IMG/VR virus record: IMGVR_UViG_3300020044_003096
Coordinates: 1-38,062 of that record
Strand: one strand, 5' to 3'
DNA: 38,062 nt
Source: a virus
Lineage: Duplodnaviria; Caudoviricetes
The notes under the pieces are model-generated. The model searched no databases. It worked only from the letters and a program-made list of their open reading frames with translations, and was not told where the DNA came from. The first letter of the stretch is position 1. Every line of letters starts with the position of its first letter. A program made the translations under genes and the position numbers. Below are positions 24,523 to 33,431 of this stretch, piece after piece.

Positions 24523-26322
24523 TTAAATTACTACATATGGGCCAGTATTATCGCTAGCGAACACTAAGGTTCCACCATTAACAATATAACCACCTTTTGA
24601 TTTCTCTAGGGCTGTTGCAGACCCATAGTTGTTAGCTGTGTTAGCCATAACCCTTGCAAACCTACCAGCATAGTCATATGCTTGTGCAGTTACTTCTACC
24701 TCATGTCCGAACTTGGATTCAGTCAGTTTGATAACTTGTAGGGTTGTAGCTACAGGATTGCCTGTCTCATCAGTCACAGCACGGCTAGACACTTCAACAA
24801 CATCAGCTAGACCAATAGACCTATCTTTGGCATCAAGGGTAATGCTATAAGTCTTAGGTGCAGTATTAAACCTGTTAAGAAGTCTAATAGATAGAAGACC
24901 TACAATAGAGTCAGCACCCATATTGAGCCAACGACAAAAGACCTCTCTTACACGAGTATCCCCATAAGCCTTCTTACTTTCTGATTCACTATCAATAGTG
25001 ACTGTAAGACGATCATAGTTTTCTTTAGCTGATACATCTTTGGTAGGATCAGTCTGAACACTATAGAAGTGGATTTGAGTTAGACGATACTGATCAAGGT
25101 CTTCTTGTTCAATTTCCTTGATATTATTTCTGTCAGACAAAGGATAAGCAGTGTCATTGAACAAAGGTCTATTACATTTCAAACCAATTTTCTGATTGAC
25201 ATCATCCCACCAAATGCTTACACCAAGAACTGCAAGTTCCCCTACAAGTTGGTTTACACCAATAGGTTTAGTGATGATAGTATCAAGATAGACTGAACTC
25301 ATCCAATCTGTAATCTCTGCTGCCCAAGTAGCACTGTCGATGTAAGAACTATCAATGTTAGCAAAGTTGATGAACAAATCTTTGATTACATCATCAATAC
25401 GAGCATGGTTATATGCAAGTGCTTGCTGGAAGCTGTCTCCTGCGCTGTGAGTGGCTGCTACAGTATTTGATATACCTCGACCAGTCAAAGTCACTACATC
25501 ACCTGAGCGAGTGAATGTGACGATCTCAGAGCCTATTGTAGCATAGCCACTCGTAGCATATTCTGAGCCAACAGAAGCAGGGCTAAGAGTAAAGGAAGTA
25601 TCTGTAGCAGTCATATCAAGAGTAAGGGTGCCACGAGAAGCCTTAGGTGCTACAGCTTTCTTGTTGTCAGCCAGAGCAAGAATGTCTTTGGCTTCAAAGG
25701 TAACATTACCGTTACTGTCAGGGCCAGTCATGTTCGTAATGATATAATTACGAGTTCTGGTATTGACAATCGATCCACCTTCAATGTATCCATCAATGAT
25801 ACGAAGAGGACGACCAGCATAGTAAGGATTACGAGAACGTAGTTTGGAGAAGAATGAACCACGATCTTTAGGATCATACCCACCTTCATCAGTCTGTGCT
25901 GTTCCTGCAAGACGTTGTGCTTGATACTTGTCAGCATACACATCATTAGAAGGGAAATCTACCAAGTCAACCTTTACTGTAGCCCTACGACCAAAAGCAC
26001 TAAGGCTTTCATCAGAACCAGCAATGTTGACTGTGGAAGAGATAGCAGAGATGTTAGTAAGAACAGGGAAGTATGTTCCAATACCAAGAGGAAAGTTTAC
26101 ACGGGGTCCAGCAAACCTATATGTCTTGGTATTGATTGTTGTTGTAGTATCTAGTGTGTTACCATCATAAGCAGATTTGTATTGACAGGTGGCAAAAGTA
26201 TTAAAGCACTTACGCACACCTGTCGTGCCAAGAACGGCAAGGCAAGGAGATGTTCCATAAGTGCGAGTGCAATAATCAAGATCAATTTCTACGATCTGGA
26301 TCGGCTCTCTGTTATTGGACAT
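24523..26322 (-). CDS. tail tip / baseplate hub protein
   Basis: 599 aa with N-terminal Cys cluster; second gene after tape measure. Confidence 0.75.
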   Translation of the reverse strand: MSNNREPIQIVEIDLDYCTRTYGTSPCLAVLGTTGVRKCFNTFATCQYKSAYDGNTLDTTTTINTKTYRFAGPRVNFPLGIGTYFPVLTNISAISSTVNIAGSDESLSAFGRRATVKVDLVDFPSNDVYADKYQAQRLAGTAQTDEGGYDPKDRGSFFSKLRSRNPYYAGRPLRIIDGYIEGGSIVNTRTRNYIITNMTGPDSNGNVTFEAKDILALADNKKAVAPKASRGTLTLDMTATDTSFTLSPASVGSEYATSGYATIGSEIVTFTRSGDVVTLTGRGISNTVAATHSAGDSFQQALAYNHARIDDVIKDLFINFANIDSSYIDSATWAAEITDWMSSVYLDTIITKPIGVNQLVGELAVLGVSIWWDDVNQKIGLKCNRPLFNDTAYPLSDRNNIKEIEQEDLDQYRLTQIHFYSVQTDPTKDVSAKENYDRLTVTIDSESESKKAYGDTRVREVFCRWLNMGADSIVGLLSIRLLNRFNTAPKTYSITLDAKDRSIGLADVVEVSSRAVTDETGNPVATTLQVIKLTESKFGHEVEVTAQAYDYAGRFARVMANTANNYGSATALEKSKGGYIVNGGTLVFASDNTGPYVVI

Positions 26323-27103
26323 ACGCCTCGACCTCCATTGTCACATCAACCCAATTACCAGTTTCAGTAAAAGTAGGTCTCATTTCTGCATTAGGTTTAC
26401 GCCAGCAATAGCCAACGTCTTGAGTAAAAATACTTGGACCAGAAGCCCAAATGAAAGCATGACCACCATTATACCAAGCCTTAAAGGGCTGTAGATCAGC
26501 TTCAGCAAAAGACCTAGAAAACGACACAAGTCCAATAGAAGTTTCTGCACCTTGACGAAGGATACGGTTTCCAAGGAATTGCCCTCCAAGGCTCTTAGAT
26601 TGTAGCAGTTCAACTTTCTGTGCTTGCCAGATAGGAGTATATCCGGGTCTTACACCACCGGGAAGAACAAGCCTTTGTCCAATAGAGATAATCCCAATAT
26701 AAGGAATTGTAGAACCAGTAATGTAAACTCTCCAATATCTAGCAGATACAGAAGTGATAATTCCAAGGATAGGAGTATCATCTGTAGGAACAACGGTAAG
26801 GGTGTCATTCCAAGTAGAATTGTCTGTAGAATATTGAAGAATGATGGTAGAGCCACTTGACCCTAGATTGTGAGCAACAATAGAAAAACTGTCTACTGTC
26901 TTTGCACTACCAGCATCTACCTTAGACCATGCAGGTAATGCTGTAGGCATCCAATAATCAAAGGTAGTCTCTGTCCCAACATTAGTTGCAACTGTTGTAG
27001 TGTCTGTAGTAGAGGCTGTAATAGTTCCCTGAGACATTAAGTTATCCCAGAGAACCATTGGCAAGGTATCATTAGAAGTTGGTGTCCCTTGAATATAGAT
27101 CAT
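26312..27103 (-). CDS. distal tail protein with galactose-binding/discoidin-like domain
   Basis: LQYSTDNSTW, SARYWRVYI; directly after tape measure. Confidence 0.7.
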   Translation of the reverse strand: MIYIQGTPTSNDTLPMVLWDNLMSQGTITASTTDTTTVATNVGTETTFDYWMPTALPAWSKVDAGSAKTVDSFSIVAHNLGSSGSTIILQYSTDNSTWNDTLTVVPTDDTPILGIITSVSARYWRVYITGSTIPYIGIISIGQRLVLPGGVRPGYTPIWQAQKVELLQSKSLGGQFLGNRILRQGAETSIGLVSFSRSFAEADLQPFKAWYNGGHAFIWASGPSIFTQDVGYCWRKPNAEMRPTFTETGNWVDVTMEVEAYVQ

Positions 27104-29418
27104 CGTTGCACCATAAATACCATTCCGCGATTGTTGTTTTCTTTGTAGAGACTATCAAAGAGGGTGGAGAGTTGTTCACCAGTAAAGATGTCAGTAGGTT
27201 TCATACCTTGGATCATTACTGTAGTAGGGGCAGCACTCTCAGAAGGTATCTTAGAAGTCCCTACAGAACCACTTGAACCACCACCTCCACTAACAGAGCC
27301 ACCACCAGATTTAATTGCAGCCACAGCGCTCAAACCAGAAGCAAGAGCGGAAGCAGCCATACCAAACCTAGCCCAAGGACGACCAATCAAAGACGGATCA
27401 GCAAGAACTTGAGTATAAGCAAGGTATGCGTTAATGAGACCTTGTGCAGCACTGAACACACGAGCAGCTTTAGCTGTCTTATCACCACCAGCTTTAGTTA
27501 CATCAGCCAATCCACCAAAGAAGGTAGAAGCATCCCCTAGACGCTGATCTTGACGACTACGTTCAATTTTATTAAGAGACTCTTGGTGCATCTGTGTAAG
27601 GTCAAGTTCCATCTGATTATACTCTTGAAGAGTAATCAGTTTTTTGTCTAGTGCAGATTTAAGCAAATCTTCTCTTTGACTGAAAGCAATATTTTCTTCT
27701 TCGATCAAATAGGCATTGACTTTCTTAGTCTCACCAAGATACTCATAAAGAGCTTTAAGGCGGTTTTCAACAGTTTCCTCAGAGGGGCCTTTACTACCAA
27801 GTTTTTTATCTTTTTTGGTCTCAGGGGGTTCATAGTAGGTTCTATTATTTGCAAAATCTGCAAAAGTAGCAGCACCTTTTATGTAGTTAGGGCTTCTAGG
27901 ATCATAGATTTCCCCACCATGTTCTGCTTTACCATTACCCAAAGCCATGATACCACGAGCAGTAGAGAGGGATACCCCGAGAGATTTAGCAAGAGCCTCT
28001 GCTTGATCTGCGGCAGCTTTAATGCCAGCAGCAATATCGAGTTTTGCTAGTTTTTCGCCCTCAATACGAGATTTGCCGTAGTATTCATAGTTTTTAGCAA
28101 GATAAGCTTCTTGCTCTTTAATAGAACGAAGTTCAGCTTGTTTATCCCTGACAGCAGCCTTATTCAATCCACCTGCAACAGATAGCCCACCATTAAGCAT
28201 AAATTGAGCTTCTTTTTGTGCATTTAGAGTATCTTTTTCATAACCAAGATCAGCTAGATACTCTTTCCTTTTTCTGGAGATTTCATCTAACTTTCTCATA
28301 GATTCGATTTTAGAAGCTTCTTCAACAGCATTACGACTTGCAAGTATATTACTTGTTTGTCTTTCTGTTTCAAGACGTGATGCAGAAGTATCTGCAAGCT
28401 CTTTTTGAAGGTTTACAACAGTTTGCAAACCTTGTTGAGAGTTTGCTGTAATTTGTAGATAAGCTAGACCTTGTTCAGAGATTGTAGCACCTGAAGCAAC
28501 TTGCTTTTCAATCTCCGTATTCATTTTGGTGAGGATAGCAAGTCTGTCTTTATCCGTAGTTGCTCGTGCTAGAGCAAGTTCTTGATCTGCCATCATAGAT
28601 GCTTGCTGAGGAGACATCCCAAGATTTCTTTGAAATTCTTTTGTTCGTTCCTGAGTTTGTGACCAGATAGTGCTATTCATTACGTTTGATGTGGAAGTAT
28701 ATAAATCTCTAGTCAGTGATGCAATTTGTGTTCTTGCAGAATCAAATGCTTTTGCAAGACTTACTGTAGCAAGAAGTCTTACTGTCCTGTCTAAGCCACT
28801 TGTAAACTGCCCAAACTCTTCCGTAAGACCACTTGCGCCACTTTGAAGAAGTTTAATTTCTGTCCGTAATTCTGAGATACTTGACTTTAAGTTGTCAGCA
28901 GCTTCTTTGAATTTTTTTGTTTGCAAGTATATGTTAGCTACTGCTGTCCCAATAGCAAGGAAAGCACCAGCAATAGCACCACCAGCACCAAATATACCCA
29001 GAAGCTGGGAACCTTGCTGACCAAGAGCTACAAGTGCGTTAGTTCCGCCTTGAATTTGAACAGCAAAGTCGCCAACTTGATAGCCAACCTGCTGCATCCC
29101 GGCAGAGCCAAACCGTCTAAAAATACCAGTATTTCTTGTTACAACTCGGCCTAAGTTATCTAGCGTCAAACCTTGTGCTTCAAGTCTTGTTCTTAGTGCA
29201 TCAGAAGCTCTTGCAAAGTCCTGTTGACTAATAATACCTTGTTGCATAGCATTTCTAAGAGTTCTCAGAGAATTTGTATGGCTGAGTTGTGCAGCAGAAA
29301 CCCTGTCCAAAGACCCTAACAAATTAAGAGTGCTTTGGCGAAGTGTTTGAGTAGCACTACTAGCGTTGTTAAGTTGGGTAGAATCTACTCGGATAACAAT
29401 GTCAGCTAAGTCAGTCAT
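27100..29418 (-). CDS. tail tape measure protein
   Basis: 772 aa, Ala-rich; MQQVGYQVGDFAVQIQGG...QQGSQL motif. Confidence 0.92.
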   Translation of the reverse strand: MTDLADIVIRVDSTQLNNASSATQTLRQSTLNLLGSLDRVSAAQLSHTNSLRTLRNAMQQGIISQQDFARASDALRTRLEAQGLTLDNLGRVVTRNTGIFRRFGSAGMQQVGYQVGDFAVQIQGGTNALVALGQQGSQLLGIFGAGGAIAGAFLAIGTAVANIYLQTKKFKEAADNLKSSISELRTEIKLLQSGASGLTEEFGQFTSGLDRTVRLLATVSLAKAFDSARTQIASLTRDLYTSTSNVMNSTIWSQTQERTKEFQRNLGMSPQQASMMADQELALARATTDKDRLAILTKMNTEIEKQVASGATISEQGLAYLQITANSQQGLQTVVNLQKELADTSASRLETERQTSNILASRNAVEEASKIESMRKLDEISRKRKEYLADLGYEKDTLNAQKEAQFMLNGGLSVAGGLNKAAVRDKQAELRSIKEQEAYLAKNYEYYGKSRIEGEKLAKLDIAAGIKAAADQAEALAKSLGVSLSTARGIMALGNGKAEHGGEIYDPRSPNYIKGAATFADFANNRTYYEPPETKKDKKLGSKGPSEETVENRLKALYEYLGETKKVNAYLIEEENIAFSQREDLLKSALDKKLITLQEYNQMELDLTQMHQESLNKIERSRQDQRLGDASTFFGGLADVTKAGGDKTAKAARVFSAAQGLINAYLAYTQVLADPSLIGRPWARFGMAASALASGLSAVAAIKSGGGSVSGGGGSSGSVGTSKIPSESAAPTTVMIQGMKPTDIFTGEQLSTLFDSLYKENNNRGMVFMVQR

Positions 29419-29762
29419 TTAATTACCCTCATATATATTCTATCAAGTCTTTTAATTACGTCAACTTCTTGTGGCGTAAGAATGTTATCGGTCGTTACCA
29501 TCCAAGATTGAATATCCTGATAGGTAATCGGATTAGGCCCAGAGAACCCAGAAGTTCTAGCAGAATTGAGCAACAAAAAAGACCCCCAAACATATTCCAT
29601 TAACTCAGGGAAATCTGGTCCCTCAAGTGCTATTGGTCTATGTCCGGTGGCCTTCTCAATTTGCTCTAAATGTTCTCTCTCTGAGATTCCATCCTTGTCT
29701 GGAATACTTAGCTTGAAATCATGTTCAGCATATTCTTCCAGTTCAAGGACTAGGCTTTCGTA
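29415..29762 (-). CDS. tail assembly chaperone C-terminal extension (lambda gpGT-like), reached by -1 frameshift
   Basis: The -1 frame is open from 29762 (YESLVLELEEYAEHDF...) into the 29415-29600 ORF (PNPITYQDIQSW). Confidence 0.75.
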   Translation of the reverse strand, partial: YESLVLELEEYAEHDFKLSIPDKDGISEREHLEQIEKATGHRPIALEGPDFPELMEYVWGSFLLLNSARTSGFSGPNPITYQDIQSWMVTTDNILTPQEVDVIKRLDRIYMRVIK

Positions 29763-30145
29763 AAAGAAGTTGCTTCTTCTACAGCCTCATCAATTTGTGC
29801 TACAATCCAAGGAAAGTCACGGTAAAGCTCAATAGCTTTAGCTACAGAAAACTTAGGGGTTTCTCCACCAAGAAGAATATCCCAATCCTTAGTGGATTTT
29901 GCTTGTAGTTCCAGAGAGGCAGACTCTACATCTTCAGCAGTAAAGGACATACCCTTTTTCTTCTGCGCTTTCTGGATACGTTTATTCGTCTGTTCATGCA
30001 GAGCATCTTTATATACTCGGCTATGAGGAAGATAGACAGTGATAGTCATCTTACTTTTCTTATCACCAAGAGGTTCACCTGTTCCGGGGTGGTTCAGTTT
30101 AACTTCAATAGTGTCAATAGTAGGCTTAAAGTCTAGAAGGTCCAT
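29750..30145 (-). CDS. tail assembly chaperone (gpG-like)
   Basis: Between tail tube and tape measure; LNHPGTGEPL, TKDW, YRDFPWI..QI. Confidence 0.85.
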   Translation of the reverse strand: MDLLDFKPTIDTIEVKLNHPGTGEPLGDKKSKMTITVYLPHSRVYKDALHEQTNKRIQKAQKKKGMSFTAEDVESASLELQAKSTKDWDILLGGETPKFSVAKAIELYRDFPWIVAQIDEAVEEATSFTKA

Positions 30146-30176
30146 TGTCGGGATGTCCTTAGAGGTTATAGAGATG

Positions 30177-30301
30177 ATAGAATATATACAGCAATAGATA
30201 GATATCCTTATAGATAATCAATATCTTTATTGGGATATACAGGGCGGGGGAACCTTAAAGTAATATAGGTGTAGGATGAGCTTTGTCAAGTCTACCTACA
30301 A
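30177..30301. repeat. non-coding AT-rich element, copy 2
   Basis: Direct repeat of 5999-6160 lacking 37 bp; contains a - strand TTGACA-16 bp-TATATT promoter-like sequence. Confidence 0.9.
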
Positions 30302-30320
30302 TCACAAATTGTTACAATAT

Positions 30321-30378
30321 ATGTCGGGAATGTTATCTAAGCGGGACAGGCATCCTACCCGACATAAGCACCTGTCCC
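30321..30378 (-). other. predicted H-type RNA pseudoknot downstream of the tail tube stop codon
   Basis: Stem GGGACAGGUG/UGCCUGUCCC (30378-30369 with 30352-30343); loop AUGUCGGG (30365-30358) complementary to CCCGACAU (30328-30321). Confidence 0.6.
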
Positions 30379-30397
30379 TAGCCCTTTTTTAGAGGGA

Positions 30398-31318
30398 TTA
30401 GGTGGAACGGGTCAACTTTACGTTGGTGTTCTCAGTGGTGTCATACAGAGCTACAAAAGGCAGCGTGATCATACGAGGACCATCAGCAACAGGAACATCA
30501 GCACCATTGATCTTCACACGAGGGAACAACCAAGTATAGTCGCTAGCCCCTGTAGGATCATCTACCGATACTTCAAATGCAGTCTCAGTTTCATTGATGA
30601 AACGGTTGATCAGAGAAGCATCTTCGAAGTAAGCAGTGATAGTCCCTTCAACAACAGCCTTACCATAGGTAAGTTGAGGAGTAGAGCTAGAACCAATCAC
30701 AAATGCAGGATCAAGGGAGTTAGTGATTGTAAAATCAATACCAGAAATGTTAGCAATAGCAGTAAGAGAACCACCAGCATCAGCAATCTTCATGGTGCCA
30801 GAATAAGCATCAAAAGGTTTGTTGCCAGAAGAAGGGGTCTTTGTAGCATCAAATGAGGTGCCAGAAAGCGTCATATCCTTTCCCACCATACCGAATGTGC
30901 CAGTAACCATTTGGTTAGGCTTAATCGAAACAGCAAGGGAGTTTACTGCAATGCCTTTGAAAAGACGGAACTGAGCAATATCCTCAGAGGCTTCTTCTAC
31001 ATGGAATGATTTGATTGTAGTGCCAATCTTCAACACGTTGGTTGAGAAGCTGTTCATAAAGGCGCTTTCCAGAAGTGCATCATAATCGCCCTTACCAAGT
31101 TCAACAACAATGTCACCAGCTACTTTACGGTTGCCATGACGATCTGTGCGAGACATACGATCAGGTTGAATACTGTTACCTTGAACACGATCCTTAGAAA
31201 GGTTAAGGCTATGCGATACATAGGGCAATTGAATGAGGGTAGGGGTAACAGGTGCTACGCCATAAGTAGTTTCAGCTTGGATGGATAGACCAGCACGAGA
31301 GCTTTGACTAAATGCCAT
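30398..31318 (-). CDS. major tail tube protein
   Basis: AETTYG..P, RHGNRKVAGDI, VEGTITAYFED; position and codon bias. Confidence 0.88.
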   Translation of the reverse strand: MAFSQSSRAGLSIQAETTYGVAPVTPTLIQLPYVSHSLNLSKDRVQGNSIQPDRMSRTDRHGNRKVAGDIVVELGKGDYDALLESAFMNSFSTNVLKIGTTIKSFHVEEASEDIAQFRLFKGIAVNSLAVSIKPNQMVTGTFGMVGKDMTLSGTSFDATKTPSSGNKPFDAYSGTMKIADAGGSLTAIANISGIDFTITNSLDPAFVIGSSSTPQLTYGKAVVEGTITAYFEDASLINRFINETETAFEVSVDDPTGASDYTWLFPRVKINGADVPVADGPRMITLPFVALYDTTENTNVKLTRST

Positions 31319-31333
31319 TTTAAGTTTCCTTTG

Positions 31334-31738
31334 TTAGTTATACACAAACCAATTTACATTAACTGGTGTGCAATAGAAGGGGGAGTCAAGGAAACTTGTC
31401 CTGACTTCGGAGAAATCAACTGTGATTGTCAAACCATTATAGGTAATGTCTGTCGTAGAGTTGAATCGGGTAAGGAGGTCGTCAGCAACATCATAACCTG
31501 CACCAGCACCATTAGCTTCTGGCATACAGATTAGAAGCGAATAAATACCCTCATAGCGCTGACTAGGATTTAAGCCACGCACAGCGGGTCTACGAGAAGT
31601 AGGTATGAGGGTAGCCTTAATGTATGGAGTGCCTGCTAGATGCTCGTATGGGACGTTCTGAGGGGCTATTACAGGGATACCTGAGGTGCCTGCAAGATGC
31701 GTGTCAAGACATGCCCTAATATCATTGATAATACTCAT
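31334..31738 (-). CDS. tail terminator protein (DUF4128-like)
   Basis: Position before tail tube; YEGIYSLLIC.P...GAG motif. Confidence 0.75.
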   Translation of the reverse strand: MSIINDIRACLDTHLAGTSGIPVIAPQNVPYEHLAGTPYIKATLIPTSRRPAVRGLNPSQRYEGIYSLLICMPEANGAGAGYDVADDLLTRFNSTTDITYNGLTITVDFSEVRTSFLDSPFYCTPVNVNWFVYN

Positions 31739-32193
31739 GTCATCCCCTTGACTTTAGCTACAGCAGCAGCTAAGTAAATGCTTGCTCTGTTTCTTGCAAC
31801 AGTGTAGATTTTATATCCATCCCTACGCCAATTGGACCCACCATCTTCTACGATCTTAGCATGAGGTGCAGAGTTACCTACAAAGATATGTGAGGCTTCT
31901 TTAGGAATAGCTTCAATTTGATAAACAAGGCCGTTATAAGCTGTTTCTCTGAACAAGTTTACGTCTTGCCCACCTTCACCAATAGAACGGATATTACCAG
32001 TAAACCTACCTGCAATAGATTGTGTTCCAATGCTATGAGACATTACGTAGTCACCAGTATCAACAGGGGACATATCAGTAATATCTTTAGCCATTTCTGT
32101 TAGAAAAGCATCTCTAACACCATCTAATTTTAGTTCAACTCTTTTCAAGATGTCACTAAGATTATTACCTATTGCTCTATTAGCCATAATCAA
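31735..32193 (-). CDS. neck / tail completion protein (HK97 gp10-like)
   Basis: SPVDTGDY..SH, NSAPHA..VE.G. Confidence 0.8.
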   Translation of the reverse strand: MIMANRAIGNNLSDILKRVELKLDGVRDAFLTEMAKDITDMSPVDTGDYVMSHSIGTQSIAGRFTGNIRSIGEGGQDVNLFRETAYNGLVYQIEAIPKEASHIFVGNSAPHAKIVEDGGSNWRRDGYKIYTVARNRASIYLAAAVAKVKGMT

Positions 32194-32552
32194 CCATCCG
32201 TTTTAAGGGCGTAATAGATAATTGTAGTGTTTGACTTAACAACATGAACATGAACTACGTTTACAGTATTACCACCAATAATGATTTGGTCATTGACTTT
32301 AGGGGTAGGGAGTGCTACACCATTTGTTTGGTAGTTAGTCAACAAGACTGTTTTACTATTCTTGACAACAGAGTTTGCAGTTAGCTCAGAAGGAACAGTT
32401 GTAGATGAATACCCATAGGCAGAATAATCTGTATAGGTTGTAGAAGCAACACCAGTAGCACTATTGTAGCTTCCTGTGGCCCTAGACCTAACAGTTACAA
32501 CTGATCCATGATGTTTAATAAAGTAATTAATGGGTGCAGTATTAAATGCCAT
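32190..32552 (-). CDS. head closure / stopper protein
   Basis: GSYNSATG, PKVNDQI; synteny. Confidence 0.7.
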   Translation of the reverse strand: MAFNTAPINYFIKHHGSVVTVRSRATGSYNSATGVASTTYTDYSAYGYSSTTVPSELTANSVVKNSKTVLLTNYQTNGVALPTPKVNDQIIIGGNTVNVVHVHVVKSNTTIIYYALKTDG

Positions 32553-33012
32553 TGAAGTAATCCGGTGTGTCGTTCAATGCACGGGGATTATCAAACTCTT
32601 TAATAGTGATCCTAGGTTGAACTCGATCAGTATCTTGCTCTACAACTAGCATTTCCGATACTCTAATACCACCAGCAGATACGCCCAAAGACTTACCATT
32701 GGTCCGTTTACCTAGATCATTTAGATGATCACTCATAACGATATACTTTGCAGCCATATCACTGTATTTGGTTTCCCCTGCACCTTCAAGTCTGGTATCA
32801 ACCAAACGAGAATACTTAGAGGCAATCATATGGCAGGCCCAAGACCCAGCATAGTAAATGTTGTTATTGGTTTGAGCAAGAGCAAAGACAATCTCTTCAT
32901 CTTGCATAATCTGATCTGTAGTATCAGTATCACCAATCAAAAGACGCACAGAATTGAGACGGCCTGAAGGTGTAGTTGTAACTAAGTCAGAGGGATTATA
33001 ACTCCAAGACAA
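32542..33012 (-). CDS. head-tail adaptor protein
   Basis: VRLLIGDTD....MQDEEI.FAL motif. Confidence 0.8.
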   Translation of the reverse strand: MSWSYNPSDLVTTTPSGRLNSVRLLIGDTDTTDQIMQDEEIVFALAQTNNNIYYAGSWACHMIASKYSRLVDTRLEGAGETKYSDMAAKYIVMSDHLNDLGKRTNGKSLGVSAGGIRVSEMLVVEQDTDRVQPRITIKEFDNPRALNDTPDYFNGI

Positions 33013-33030
33013 AGCCGTCTCCTTTATTAG

Positions 33031-33411
33031 TTATTCAAGATGACCGTAATTAGTTCGCCAAGAACGGATATGACCAACCTGTTTATATTTGATCTTACTG
33101 AATTGACACTTAGGGGTGCCATCTTTAATCTTTGCGTTGATATTCTCAACTAGAATAGTCAATTGTTCAATAGTCAAATCTTCTAGACCATCACCAACAA
33201 TTACTTTCTTTTCAGTCTTAGTTTCCAACTCTTCGTTGTGGTAAATATAACCTGCATCGTAGAGTTGTTTAACTTTCTCAACTGGAATTTCAAGGTCTTT
33301 CCAGCGATATTCTTGCCCTCTCAACCAAAAGGTGTCAGCCGATTGCAAGACTTCAATCTTGATAAACAACTGACGATTTTGGTCAAAGAGGGGAACAATG
33401 TGTCGGGACAT
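33031..33411 (-). CDS. hypothetical protein downstream of major capsid gene
   Basis: Strong RBS AAGGAGGGGG. Confidence 0.75.
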   Translation of the reverse strand: MSRHIVPLFDQNRQLFIKIEVLQSADTFWLRGQEYRWKDLEIPVEKVKQLYDAGYIYHNEELETKTEKKVIVGDGLEDLTIEQLTILVENINAKIKDGTPKCQFSKIKYKQVGHIRSWRTNYGHLE

Positions 33412-33431
33412 AATCCCCCTCCTTTATTTAA

